64,000 nucleotides of DNA from an uncultured Alteromonadaceae bacterium. Lineage in GTDB: Bacteria; Pseudomonadota; Gammaproteobacteria; Enterobacterales; Alteromonadaceae. Location of the stretch: positions 1-64,000 of the forward strand of contig CALKGI010000018.1 in NCBI GenBank assembly GCA_938085045.1. The letters are read 5' to 3'. This document shows positions 21,253 through 31,249 of this stretch, in pieces (the first letter of the stretch is position 1; the number at the start of each line of letters is the position of its first letter). Both the position numbers and the translations under genes were made by a program. The notes beneath the pieces are model-generated. The model was given only the letters and a program-made list of their open reading frames with translations. It ran no database searches and had not been told where the DNA came from.

Positions 21253-21672
21253 ATGGCAGTAGATAAGTTAATGACCACAACGCCCATCAGCGTACATATG
21301 GATGATACGTTGTGGACTGTTAAAAAGCATTTCGACCACTTTGGTTTTCACCACTTGCTGGTCGTTGATGACAACGTTTTGTGCGGGATTATCTCTGATA
21401 GAGACCTGTTAAAAATCATATCTCCAACCTTAGGCACTGCGGCAGAAACTCGGCGCGACTTAGTCACGCTCAACAAAAAAGCCCATCAAATTATGACGCG
21501 CAAATTACATACATTGACCCCAGATGCCGGGGTTTATGATGCAATTTCTATTTTCGTTAAGAGCAAGGTTTCGTGTATTCCCATCGTCAACGCTCAGTTT
21601 AAACCTGTGGGCATCTTGAGTTGGCGAGACATTTTAAAGTTTATTGAGGGTAGGCACAAAAGTTCACCGTGA
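21253..21672 (+). CDS. CBS-domain pair protein
   Basis: 139 aa with two CBS motifs. Confidence 0.6.
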   Translation: MAVDKLMTTTPISVHMDDTLWTVKKHFDHFGFHHLLVVDDNVLCGIISDRDLLKIISPTLGTAAETRRDLVTLNKKAHQIMTRKLHTLTPDAGVYDAISIFVKSKVSCIPIVNAQFKPVGILSWRDILKFIEGRHKSSP

Positions 21673-21799
21673 AACTGTATCGCTAATCTTAAAGATATCA
21701 GCGGTGTTTGGTGCTTTACACCAACGGTTTTTTGGCTTACCGTGATAGGCTAATAGTTTGCTAGTGTAATGTTAGTGTGATGTTTTCAAAGGAGATAAA

Positions 21800-22759
21800 G
21801 TGCCCCAGTCGTTGATCAAAAGAATACTGCTTGTAGTGGTTATATTGATTGGTTGTGCAGTCACTAGTGTACTTATTATCTATAACAGTTGGCGAGCTGA
21901 TTTTACGGCGCAGCTAACATCAGGCAGTGAATTGGCACAAACCGATAAAGGCGTGATTGAATATGCCAGTATCGGTGACAAGGCGACTGAAAAAAATCAC
22001 CTGTTTATACTTCATGATACCCCCGGCGGTTACGACAGTGGCCTCATTCTCTCACAGTGGTTAGAATTAGACGAACAAACCCATATTATAGTCCCTTCGC
22101 GACCCGGATTTCTTAGAACGCCAATCGAGACAGGTGCCACGCCGTACGACGCTGCGCAGGCAATGGTTGCCCTTATGGATAAGTTTGGTATTGAGCGCAC
22201 CACTGTATTGGGCTGGGCTGGCGGAGCGGCAACAGCACTTGAAATGGCCCAACAGTATCCTTCGCGCGTTGAAGGTTTGGTGCTGCTTTCGCCTCGAGTT
22301 ATGCTAGATGAGCAATACCCAGCCAAATCTACCGCATTTGATGCATCAACAGTTAAAGTATCAAGCGATTATTGGGGGAGTGGTTTGAACTCTTTTGTGG
22401 CAAGTTACTTCTTGTCTGGTGATTTTCCAAAGGGAGTTAACAATTTGGCGTTAGCACAGCAGCGGTTTGAACAATTGAACGTCACTAATCAACTACCCAG
22501 TAGCCGTGCCATAGGCACCGCAAATGACCACTGGCAATTTGCAAAATTGGCCAAAGCACCGCAATATAAAATCACCATGCCCACCTTGATTATCCACAGC
22601 CCGCTCGACGAAACTGTGAGTTTTGAACACGCACAATATTTGAGTAAAACCATCAAAAAGGCTCAGCTGTATCGGGTAGAAAACGAATCTCATTTAAGCA
22701 CCATGAATGCACAAGCCGTTGGCCGATTTCATACTTTTTTAGAGCGCTTGCGTAAGTGA
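21800..22759 (+). CDS. Alpha/beta-hydrolase fold protein with N-terminal TM anchor
   Basis: GWAGG nucleophile-elbow-like motif, and His/Asp in the C-terminal part. Confidence 0.6.
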   Translation: MPQSLIKRILLVVVILIGCAVTSVLIIYNSWRADFTAQLTSGSELAQTDKGVIEYASIGDKATEKNHLFILHDTPGGYDSGLILSQWLELDEQTHIIVPSRPGFLRTPIETGATPYDAAQAMVALMDKFGIERTTVLGWAGGAATALEMAQQYPSRVEGLVLLSPRVMLDEQYPAKSTAFDASTVKVSSDYWGSGLNSFVASYFLSGDFPKGVNNLALAQQRFEQLNVTNQLPSSRAIGTANDHWQFAKLAKAPQYKITMPTLIIHSPLDETVSFEHAQYLSKTIKKAQLYRVENESHLSTMNAQAVGRFHTFLERLRK

Positions 22760-22778
22760 GGTTGATGAGTTTCGAGCA

Positions 22779-23432
22779 TTAAAAGCTCACACGGAGGCGC
22801 GGTGGCGCAGAGGTTCACGGAGAAAGAAAAAAGACAGAAAGAACCACTTGATGGGCATTTTATTGCGAATGTTGGCGCAAGTTTCTCAATTTATAAAAAG
22901 TAATGTGTTGGCTACGGTTGATGAATAAGGAAAGATAATTCATTAATTAAGGAAAGTAACTATGTTGCATGGAAGTGAATTAACAGGAACGATTATTGGC
23001 GCGGCAATTGAAGTTCATCGCCACCTAGGCCCCGGACTTTTAGAATCTGTATACGAACAATGCCTAATTCAAGAGCTGTTAATTAAAGGATTGAATGTCA
23101 CCAGTCAACAAGAGTTGCCGATTATTTACAAGGGGAATCGACTGGCGAGTCACTATCGAATTGACTTGATGATTAATCAGCAAATCATCATTGAATTAAA
23201 GGCTGTAGCGGAATTAACGCCTGTCCATAAAGCACAACTGTTAACTTACCTGAAATTGTCTAATACCAAGCTAGGCTTACTACTAAACTTCAACGTCCCT
23301 GTAATGAAAGATGGGATCGTTAGGATGATAAACAAACGATTACTATAGTGTTACTGCCTTAAACTAATTTTTGTGTTTTCTCCGTGAACCTCCGTGTCAC
23401 CGTGCCTCCGTGTGAAGCTTTTGACTTTGTCC
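22779..23432. mobile_element. MITE-like element bounded by about 45-bp imperfect terminal inverted repeats, carrying one cargo gene
   Basis: Left end aaaagctcacacggaggcgcggtggcgcagaggttcacggagaaag; right end cttttctccgtgaacctccgtgtcaccgtgcctccgtgtgaagcttttgac, which is its reverse complement. Related copies lie at 19296-19340 and 58779-59008. Confidence 0.7.
22962..23348 (+). CDS. GxxExxY-family protein (PD-(D/E)XK nuclease-like fold), cargo of the MITE
   Basis: 128 aa; …GPGLLESVYEQCL… motif typical of the GxxExxY family. Confidence 0.65.
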   Translation: MLHGSELTGTIIGAAIEVHRHLGPGLLESVYEQCLIQELLIKGLNVTSQQELPIIYKGNRLASHYRIDLMINQQIIIELKAVAELTPVHKAQLLTYLKLSNTKLGLLLNFNVPVMKDGIVRMINKRLL

Positions 23433-23444
23433 CTAGGGGGGCGA

Positions 23445-24275
23445 TTAACCCACCAATTCAACCTCATAAGATCCGAATTTACGGATATTTATCACCCCAT
23501 TATCAAAAATCAAATACTGACCTTTTATGCCCAGTAATGTGCCTTCAACTACTGGGTTCTTATCAAAGTTGAATGACGTGATTTTTGTGGGGTACTGCAA
23601 TACGGGGTATTTAATGGTGGTGACCTCTTCATCCAAACGGGTAATTGCGTCTTCACCATATTGCAATTTAAGGTCAGCTAAGCGGTCTTCTATTTGTGGC
23701 ACTAATTCATTGGCTCGGGTTTTGAGGTCAATGTCATCGTTCACGCCCTTAAGCAATGCGCGCCAATTGGTTTTATCACCAATAAACTGAGCCAAAGCCG
23801 TTTCAACCAACCCAGATTGCAAGCGTGTGCTCACGGCAAAAATAGGCATTGCCTGTGTTGCACCTTGATCAATCCAACGGGTTGGCGTTTGAGTGTGACG
23901 AGTTATCCCCACCTTTAAAGCAGAGGTATTAGACAAATACACGAAATGTTTAATCATGCAGTTTGTCTCGCCCCATTGCGGTTCGCGACACGTACCTTTG
24001 TCAAAATGGCAGGTTTCGGGTTTAAGAATGCACATGTCGCAACTGGCCAGTTTTGACATGCAAACATAACAATGGCCTTGCGAATAACTCTTCTTGGTTT
24101 TTTTACCGCAGTTTGAACATAATATCCGGCCGCTGTGCACCAGTTTTACGGTGGTTTCGAGTAGTGAGTTTAGCGGTACCAATTCGTCGCCGATGGGCAA
24201 TGAGTAATCAACCGTATTGGCTTGTCCGTCGATGGTTTTTAGTTGGCTGTGGAGCTTTTTCAGTGTACCTTGCAT
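23445..24275 (-). CDS. DUF2797-like protein with Cys-rich zinc-ribbon segment
   Basis: CSNCGKK…CYVCMSKLASCDMCILKPETCHFDKGTC cluster; no other assignable domain. Confidence 0.5.
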   Translation of the reverse strand: MQGTLKKLHSQLKTIDGQANTVDYSLPIGDELVPLNSLLETTVKLVHSGRILCSNCGKKTKKSYSQGHCYVCMSKLASCDMCILKPETCHFDKGTCREPQWGETNCMIKHFVYLSNTSALKVGITRHTQTPTRWIDQGATQAMPIFAVSTRLQSGLVETALAQFIGDKTNWRALLKGVNDDIDLKTRANELVPQIEDRLADLKLQYGEDAITRLDEEVTTIKYPVLQYPTKITSFNFDKNPVVEGTLLGIKGQYLIFDNGVINIRKFGSYEVELVG

Positions 24276-24413
24276 TTTTGCACTTTATTGATGGGGATTG
24301 ATGGGGTCAGATTAACAAATTATTGACGGAATTTTTGGGTTTTTTGTCGAAATTGCATATATTTAACTGTATCTAGTTTATCGGAGAGAGACACAATCGC
24401 TATTGAAATCAAA

Positions 24414-26420
24414 TTGAACAATGTCAAAGAGCAAGTCGACCATTCGTTGATTGAGCAAATTGACAAATTGGTTCTCGATACTGCGCCGATGGCTATCATT
24501 AGCACCAATTTTTATGGCGATATCATGACCGTGAACCCTGCGGTAAGGAGTATTTTCGGCTATTTAGAAGGTGAACTCGAAGGCGATAGTTTTCTCAAGC
24601 TGGTGCCTGAAATGGCCGACTTGTCTTACAGCTTTTATGATGAGTTCACCAACCGTGGTGATTTAGAACTGTTTGATGAAGCGCAAGAAGTTGAAACTCG
24701 CAACACCACCGACGAATCAAATTTTCTTGAGCGGTTTTATTACGGCATTCAAGAAGGCGAAGAGCAGGGGCTTTTACAAACACACAACAAAAATGGTGAT
24801 GTTTTATGGATAAACATGTTTGCCAACCGCGTGGCGATTAACGCTAACAACTTCTATATCGTGATCATCTCTGACGTTACCGAAACCAAACTCAAAGAGC
24901 AGCAAATCATTCAACTCAACGAAACGCTTGAGCGCAGAGTGGCCGAACGCACCAAAGAAGTTGAAAGTGCCCACTCGAAAGTCAGCTTGTTGCTCGACAG
25001 CTCAGCGCAGGGATTTTTGGCGGTCGATACAGAGCTTAAAATTGACCCTGAATATTCTAAAGTGTGCGATACCATTTTTGAACAATCGGTTGAACACATG
25101 TGTATTGCCGACTTGTTGTTTCCTGACGACAAAATAGAAATAGCCAACCTGCACAAAAACATCAATCGTATTATTGATGAAGAAGACGACTTCGTGCAAG
25201 ACTTGTATTTGTGTCTGCTTAATGATGAATACCAAATTAAAGACAAAAACGTCGAGATTGAATTCAAGTGTATTACCACCGGCAGAGTGATATTGATATT
25301 AACCGACATTACTCGGCGCAAAAAACTAGAGCATAAGCTTAACCATGAACGTGACCGCCTTAAATTCATTGTTGCTACCGTGCAAGAACCTAGTGAGTTT
25401 TTCGACATCATTGATGACTTTGAAATGTTTATTAATCAAGCGCTTAATGTCTTGCTGACATCAAATAAAACCGATACTGAAAAGCTCGATGAAACTTTTC
25501 GGCAAATACACACCTATAAAGGTGGCTTTTCCCAGCTCGATTTTTTAACCATTCCGATGGTACTACATCAACTCGAAAGCCAACTTAAGGCTTTACAAGA
25601 CGCCGATACGTTTGAGTGTGCTGCGATTCGAACATTGATTGAAACCAGCGACTGTCAGGCCTCACTAAATTCAGACATTGAAATCATTGAAGCCGTACTC
25701 GGCAAAGGCTTTTTAAACAACGACAAAGACGTGACCCTAAACCTGTTGCAAGTCAAACGCATAGAGAATTTCATTAATGAACAAGAGCCCGGCCCGGTGG
25801 TCGATGAAGTGACTGACTTGTTGCAAGACCTGATGAAATCGCGCCTAGTTAACCTCAAAACCTTGCTCAGAACCTATCCCAAGAGTACTGAAAAGCTCGC
25901 CAGTGCTTTTGACAAAAGCATTTATCCATTTGAAATCATCGGCAAAGACCTGTTGGTTGACAATAACCTCTTTACGCCGTTCACCAAGTCATTAGTGCAT
26001 GTGTTTAGAAACGCGGTTGACCACGGTATTGAGTCGCCCGATGAGCGGGTGGCGGCCGACAAAGACGAGATCGGCACCATAACCTGTCATATTAAAACCA
26101 TCATGGACTACATGGTGATCACTATTAATGACGATGGTCGCGGGCTGGATTTTGAACGGATCAGGCAAAAAGCCATAGAGAAAAGAGTTTGCAGCAAAGA
26201 TGAGGCAGAACATCTAAACGAGAAAAAACTGTCAAAACTGATATTCGATGACCGATTTAGTACCAAAACCGTGATCACCACGGTGTCGGGTCGAGGCATT
26301 GGTTTGTCGGCAGTTTTAAGTGAATTGAGAAAGCTCAAAGGGGACGTCAAAATTCAGTCGACCCCTAACCAAGGCACTAAGTTTCAGTTTGTCTTACCCT
26401 ATAACGAAGCCAAGGTTTAA
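24414..26420 (+). CDS. CheA-like histidine kinase with N-terminal PAS, internal Hpt and C-terminal HATPase, lacking a CheW-binding P5 domain
   Basis: Hpt phospho-His motif HTYKGGFSQLDF; CheA-type ATPase motifs (NAVDHGIESPDER…INDDGRGLD…GRGIGLSAV); ends right after the G2 box. Confidence 0.65.
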   Translation: MNNVKEQVDHSLIEQIDKLVLDTAPMAIISTNFYGDIMTVNPAVRSIFGYLEGELEGDSFLKLVPEMADLSYSFYDEFTNRGDLELFDEAQEVETRNTTDESNFLERFYYGIQEGEEQGLLQTHNKNGDVLWINMFANRVAINANNFYIVIISDVTETKLKEQQIIQLNETLERRVAERTKEVESAHSKVSLLLDSSAQGFLAVDTELKIDPEYSKVCDTIFEQSVEHMCIADLLFPDDKIEIANLHKNINRIIDEEDDFVQDLYLCLLNDEYQIKDKNVEIEFKCITTGRVILILTDITRRKKLEHKLNHERDRLKFIVATVQEPSEFFDIIDDFEMFINQALNVLLTSNKTDTEKLDETFRQIHTYKGGFSQLDFLTIPMVLHQLESQLKALQDADTFECAAIRTLIETSDCQASLNSDIEIIEAVLGKGFLNNDKDVTLNLLQVKRIENFINEQEPGPVVDEVTDLLQDLMKSRLVNLKTLLRTYPKSTEKLASAFDKSIYPFEIIGKDLLVDNNLFTPFTKSLVHVFRNAVDHGIESPDERVAADKDEIGTITCHIKTIMDYMVITINDDGRGLDFERIRQKAIEKRVCSKDEAEHLNEKKLSKLIFDDRFSTKTVITTVSGRGIGLSAVLSELRKLKGDVKIQSTPNQGTKFQFVLPYNEAKV

Positions 26421-26423
26421 CTG

Positions 26424-26936
26424 ATGAAAAAACCGGAAGATATAGAACATATACTGGAAGTGATTGTTGATATCGCCAGTGACTTTTTAAAAAACGAGAT
26501 TGGCGTAGAAGTACAAAAAACCAATCAAAAATCAGAGTGCAGCAGCTATTTTCGCTTAAAACCCTATACTGCATTGATGAGTATTTCAGGCAGTTTTAGC
26601 ATGAATGTGACTTTTAGTTTTGATACCGCCTTGATTGAACAAGTATACAGGGTATATTGTCACGAACTTGAAATTGAAGACAATGAACGATTAGAACATA
26701 TTGATGAAACAGCCTCAGACATGATTAACATCGTGATAGGCAATTCAACGTCAAAATTGGCTCACGATGGTACGGTTGTACAGATATCAGTACCCATTGT
26801 TATTAACGAGGCCAGTTCATTGTCGATTAGGGATGTCAATTTTTTAACGACTACTTTATACACAGAATTTGGCGACATGATGATAACCGCCATGCCAAAT
26901 AGCTGTGACTATGGTGAAGAAGGAGAGCGTGAGTGA
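26424..26936 (+). CDS. cheX: CheX/CheC-family CheY-P phosphatase-like protein
   Basis: 170 aa; DMINIVIGNS…(about 20 aa)…P matches the (D/E)xxNxxxGN…P active-site pattern of CheC/CheX/FliY. Confidence 0.5.
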   Translation: MKKPEDIEHILEVIVDIASDFLKNEIGVEVQKTNQKSECSSYFRLKPYTALMSISGSFSMNVTFSFDTALIEQVYRVYCHELEIEDNERLEHIDETASDMINIVIGNSTSKLAHDGTVVQISVPIVINEASSLSIRDVNFLTTTLYTEFGDMMITAMPNSCDYGEEGERE

Positions 26937-27316
26937 AATCACTGAATATACAGGTTGTTGATGACTCGGCACTAACAGTCAAAAAAATCACAAAAATGCT
27001 TGAAGACATGGGGCATAAAATTGTCAGTGTCTCGGGCACTGGTAAAACCGCGGTATTTGACTATCAGTACATGAAACCTGATTTGGTCACTATGGATATC
27101 ACTATGCCAGATATGGATGGTATTACCGCGACCCGGCGCATTATGGATATCGATAAATACGCTAGAATAGTGATGATCACCTCTCACTCTCAAAAACAAA
27201 TGGTGATGGATTCAATTGGCGCTGGGGCATTGGGGTATGTGATGAAACCCATCGACCCAGAGAAGCTTAAAGCATCGGTCGAAAAAGCCTATGCTAAAAA
27301 ACTGAAGAAAAAGTAA
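26933..27316 (+). CDS. Stand-alone CheY-like response-regulator receiver
   Basis: 127 aa; has the DD pair, phospho-acceptor Asp (TMDITMPDMDG), Thr (ITS) and Lys (VMKP). Confidence 0.75.
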   Translation: MKSLNIQVVDDSALTVKKITKMLEDMGHKIVSVSGTGKTAVFDYQYMKPDLVTMDITMPDMDGITATRRIMDIDKYARIVMITSHSQKQMVMDSIGAGALGYVMKPIDPEKLKASVEKAYAKKLKKK

Positions 27317-27334
27317 TAAGGTGGGCGTTTTCTT

Positions 27335-28315
27335 TTGACGGATAACAAGCAAAAACGCCGCATTTCTTTGGTTGGTTTATTACAGGTTGGTGCCTTTTTT
27401 ACCGCCTTATTTTCATTATTAAGTGTCGCTCAGTCGTGGCACCGTACGCTCGAATTACTCGCCCACTTCAAACTGCAATACCTACTCGCCAGCGTTATTT
27501 TTACCCTTTTGTTTTTTTCATTACGACAGTTCAAAGTGGCTGGTGGCATGTTTGTGGTGTTACTGTTAAATAGCTTTTATATTTTCCCTTGGTATTTTGC
27601 TGCTGAGCCTGCAAAACAAACCCATACCCAGCAGTTAAAACTGATTCAAAGCAACGTTAACTCTGCCAATCAAGACTATCAAAAAGTGATTGACTTGGTG
27701 AAATCTGAGCAGCCCGATATATTTGTCGCCCAAGAAGTTAGCTCAGTCTGGGTGAACCAACTTAAAGCAATCGAAACTTTATTGCCTTACAAGATAGTGC
27801 AGCCTCGCTCAGACAATTTTGGTATTGCCCTATACAGCAAACATCCACTAAACAAAGCACAGGTGCTCTTTTTGGGCAAAGCCAAAGTGCCAAGTATTGA
27901 AGTACAACTGAGTCATACCCTTAACCAACACCTTAACGACAAGCAAAAACCGTTGACAATACTGGCCACACATCCGCTGCCACCGGTTGGTGCCTCATAT
28001 TACGCGTTACGTAATGATCAATTTGACGCGTTGGCAGTCGCGGTCAAATCCAGTAAGGGTCCATTGGTGTTAATTGGCGACTTGAATGTCACGGTGTGGT
28101 CAAACAGCTATCAAAAACTCATCGATAAAACCGGCTTGGTTAATACCCGCCAAGGGTTTGGATTGTTGCCGAGCTGGCCATCGTTGCTACCCTTTTTGAT
28201 GATCCCCATCGACCATTGCCTGGTGTCTGGGGAGCTTAGTGTGAGTGATATTAAAATAGGGCCTGATGTGGGTTCTGACCATTTGCCTTTGATTGTAGAA
28301 CTAGGCTTTCATTAG
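27335..28315 (+). CDS. Endonuclease/exonuclease/phosphatase (EEP) family protein with N-terminal TM segments
   Basis: C-terminal …DHCLVSGE…GSDHLPLIVELGF EEP catalytic His motifs. Confidence 0.65.
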   Translation: MTDNKQKRRISLVGLLQVGAFFTALFSLLSVAQSWHRTLELLAHFKLQYLLASVIFTLLFFSLRQFKVAGGMFVVLLLNSFYIFPWYFAAEPAKQTHTQQLKLIQSNVNSANQDYQKVIDLVKSEQPDIFVAQEVSSVWVNQLKAIETLLPYKIVQPRSDNFGIALYSKHPLNKAQVLFLGKAKVPSIEVQLSHTLNQHLNDKQKPLTILATHPLPPVGASYYALRNDQFDALAVAVKSSKGPLVLIGDLNVTVWSNSYQKLIDKTGLVNTRQGFGLLPSWPSLLPFLMIPIDHCLVSGELSVSDIKIGPDVGSDHLPLIVELGFH

Positions 28316-28333
28316 GCTTTCATTAGGTTTAAG

Positions 28334-29254
28334 TTAAGCCGCTGCTTTTTTTGCAAAGTTAACTTGCGACTGAACAGGCTTCATTTTGCTTTTAAGCAAA
28401 ACGGTCACATTGCCTGCCAGAATCAACACCAAACCGCCAACTGTATAGGTTGTGAAAGTAAAGTCTTCAACAACGCTTGAAATAACCACTGCAATTGCCG
28501 GGGTAATAATGGTGATATACGATGTTTTGTTAGCGCCGATTTTACCCAACAAATGCAAATAGATACCAAACACAATCACCGAACCAAACAATGCTAAATA
28601 ACCCGTTGCTAGCCAATAATTGACAGGTAAATCAATAGTAAATGGGTGGTCGTTAAACACCGCTAAAAGCGCCATGGTCGTTGCGCCGTAACCCATCGCC
28701 CAAGCATTGGTTTGAACTATTGGCATCTTTTGTTTTTGATTACTAACCGACAACATATTACTCAACGAAGCTACAAAAGTACCTGCCAAACACAGCCCAA
28801 GCCCATATAAACTGTCGTTGTTGAAAGTCATGCCGTTTAACTGTGGCCAAAACAATGTGCAAATGCCCAGCAAACCTAAGCCTGCACCAACATATTCGCG
28901 AGGCGAAATGGCAGTGCCAAGAAAAACCCGGCCATTGACGATATTCATTACCATTAGGGTCGAAAACGCAATGGCGGCCATAGCCGAATTTAGGTGTTGT
29001 TGTCCGTTATACAAGAGATAGAAATTGAAACCAAACATACTAATCGCAATGCCAAACAGGCGTAAATGTTGGTTAAAAGAAAACTTAAGATTGAGCTTAG
29101 TCACCAAACAAAAACCGAACAACATCATCGAAGCCAAGCCAAACCGATAGGCCAAAGAGATCTCGGGATGAACATCACCGAGTTGAAAACTGATGGCGAT
29201 CCAGGTGGTGCCCCAAATGAGCACTGCTGTGCAGTACAAGACAAATACATTCAT
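28334..29254 (-). CDS. EamA/DMT-family transporter (10 TM)
   Basis: 306-aa polytopic protein with duplicated EamA halves. Confidence 0.7.
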   Translation of the reverse strand: MNVFVLYCTAVLIWGTTWIAISFQLGDVHPEISLAYRFGLASMMLFGFCLVTKLNLKFSFNQHLRLFGIAISMFGFNFYLLYNGQQHLNSAMAAIAFSTLMVMNIVNGRVFLGTAISPREYVGAGLGLLGICTLFWPQLNGMTFNNDSLYGLGLCLAGTFVASLSNMLSVSNQKQKMPIVQTNAWAMGYGATTMALLAVFNDHPFTIDLPVNYWLATGYLALFGSVIVFGIYLHLLGKIGANKTSYITIITPAIAVVISSVVEDFTFTTYTVGGLVLILAGNVTVLLKSKMKPVQSQVNFAKKAAA

Positions 29255-29348
29255 GCTATTTTCCCTTTGTTTAGTTGCTGATGGACACTTTACGTGAATA
29301 ATGATTTAATAACATATACAGAAATATGAAAATGTAACCTATACAGTT

Positions 29349-30785
29349 ATGCAGGCCATATCTAAACAATCCAGCGAATTTTTGTACCAGCAGGTCATAG
29401 AGCTTATCCAGCAAATGCAACGCTCGGGCACTTTAAGGGCTGGCGATAAATTACCGTCATTACGTAAACTCAGCAGCCGACTCGAAGTGAGTGTGCCCAC
29501 AGTAAAGCAGGCATATTTAGAATTAGAGCGTCAAGGGGCAATCGCCGCAAGGCCGCAATCGGGCTATTACCTTAAGGCTGAGCACGCTAAGCCATTGCAA
29601 TCAACAAGAGCCCAGTGGCGTAAAACCGAGCCTACGCCGGTAAAATGCCGCAGCTTAATTGAACGCGTTTACGAAGAAGTGCACAAACCCAACGTAGTGC
29701 CATTAGGGATAGCGAATCCAGTTATGGCCTGCTCTCCAGACAAAACGCTGGCAAGAACCATGCGTAGGGTGTTATCAAAAGTTGCAGCAAAGGCGGTCAG
29801 TTATGGGCCAATTCATGGCGACCCAGACTTGCGCAGACAAATCGCCTACCGTTATCAAGATCACGGCATAAACGCCGAACCAGAACAGCTAGTGATCACC
29901 AACGGCGCACAAGAAGCCATGTCGATAGCGTTGCAATGCGTTGCCGATGCTGGCGATGTTATCGCGGTAGAATCACCAACCTTTTTTGGTTTGCTTGAAT
30001 TGATTGAAGCGTTAAACATGAAAGCAATGGAGATAAGAACTTGCTCCGACAGCGGCTTATGTTTAGAAGACTTGAGTCAGGCAATAGAACAGCACCCCAT
30101 AAAAGCCTGCATTTTTGCCTCATCAATTAACAACCCTATGGGTTCGTTGATGAGTGAGGGCAAGCGCGAAAAAATGGTTAGACTACTCGAAGAAAAAGAC
30201 ATCCCTTTGATAGAAGACGACGTATACGGCGAACTGTATTTTGGCGAGAAACAACCCCGCCCAGCGGCGTTTTACTCCCGTAAAAACCAAGTTATGACCT
30301 GCTCGTCGTTCTCAAAAACCGCCGCCCCCGGTTATCGATTGGGTTGGTTAATGCCAGGCAAATGGGAAGAACAAGCCAAGCGTCTAAAGCGCTCACACTC
30401 GTGCTCAACTGGCATGTTACAACAATGGACCATGAGCGAATTCATCAAAAGCGGTGACTACGACAGACACTTGAAAGTATTAAGAAAAACCCTAGCCTTC
30501 AACAGCGAAAGAATGCGCTGCCATGTGGCTAAACACTTCCCCGAAGACACCTGCATTTGCACCCCACAAGGCGGCAGCGTGCTATGGATAAAGTGCCCAA
30601 ACAACATCAACACTGCAACGTTGTTTGAAACCGCAATAGAGCAGGGGATTAGCTATACGCCGGGGAGTATTTTCTCACCTTCGGGTAAGTATCATAACTA
30701 TATGCGAATTAGCTTTGGGGTTGTTTGGGATGATGAAATTGAGGCGGCTGTTGTTAAGTTGGGAGGGCTGGTTAGTAAGGCATGA
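29349..30785 (+). CDS. MocR/GabR-type regulator (N-terminal GntR HTH fused to PLP-dependent aminotransferase fold)
   Basis: N-terminal GntR HTH (…PSLRKLSSRLEVSVPTVKQAYLELE…); C-terminal fold-type-I aminotransferase domain with SFSKT PLP-Lys motif. Confidence 0.8.
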   Translation: MQAISKQSSEFLYQQVIELIQQMQRSGTLRAGDKLPSLRKLSSRLEVSVPTVKQAYLELERQGAIAARPQSGYYLKAEHAKPLQSTRAQWRKTEPTPVKCRSLIERVYEEVHKPNVVPLGIANPVMACSPDKTLARTMRRVLSKVAAKAVSYGPIHGDPDLRRQIAYRYQDHGINAEPEQLVITNGAQEAMSIALQCVADAGDVIAVESPTFFGLLELIEALNMKAMEIRTCSDSGLCLEDLSQAIEQHPIKACIFASSINNPMGSLMSEGKREKMVRLLEEKDIPLIEDDVYGELYFGEKQPRPAAFYSRKNQVMTCSSFSKTAAPGYRLGWLMPGKWEEQAKRLKRSHSCSTGMLQQWTMSEFIKSGDYDRHLKVLRKTLAFNSERMRCHVAKHFPEDTCICTPQGGSVLWIKCPNNINTATLFETAIEQGISYTPGSIFSPSGKYHNYMRISFGVVWDDEIEAAVVKLGGLVSKA

Positions 30786-31249
30786 ACATTTATTAAAACA
30801 TCACTTCGCTATGATGAATTTGGTATCTACGAGCACCTTTTTTTGCAATGACAATCACCGATTTTTAATTGCGAAATTATTCGAACTACTCTTCAAAACA
30901 TTCAATAGACCATTGCATGTAAGGCACAGTTTATTTTCAAAAAATGAGATGTGGACTTGGCTTTCATGTACCTGTGAGTAATTATCTCACGAATTATTGA
31001 CAAATCGAAACATCGGCATTACTTTTAGATGACGGTCCGTCAATCGGATCTTATGGGTCTGATATTCCTACTAAAACGTTGTTGTAGCGTGTGTTTTCTA
31101 GAGTTTATATTGCGAGCGAGGTCAACTACTCTGGCTTGGTTTTCGTTACGTATAAACATACCAAATGTCTATGGCATTTGGTATATCGAGCGAGTTTTGG
31201 TCGGATTTTTTGCAATTTATGTGGTTATTTACTTATTCGTGGAGAAAAG

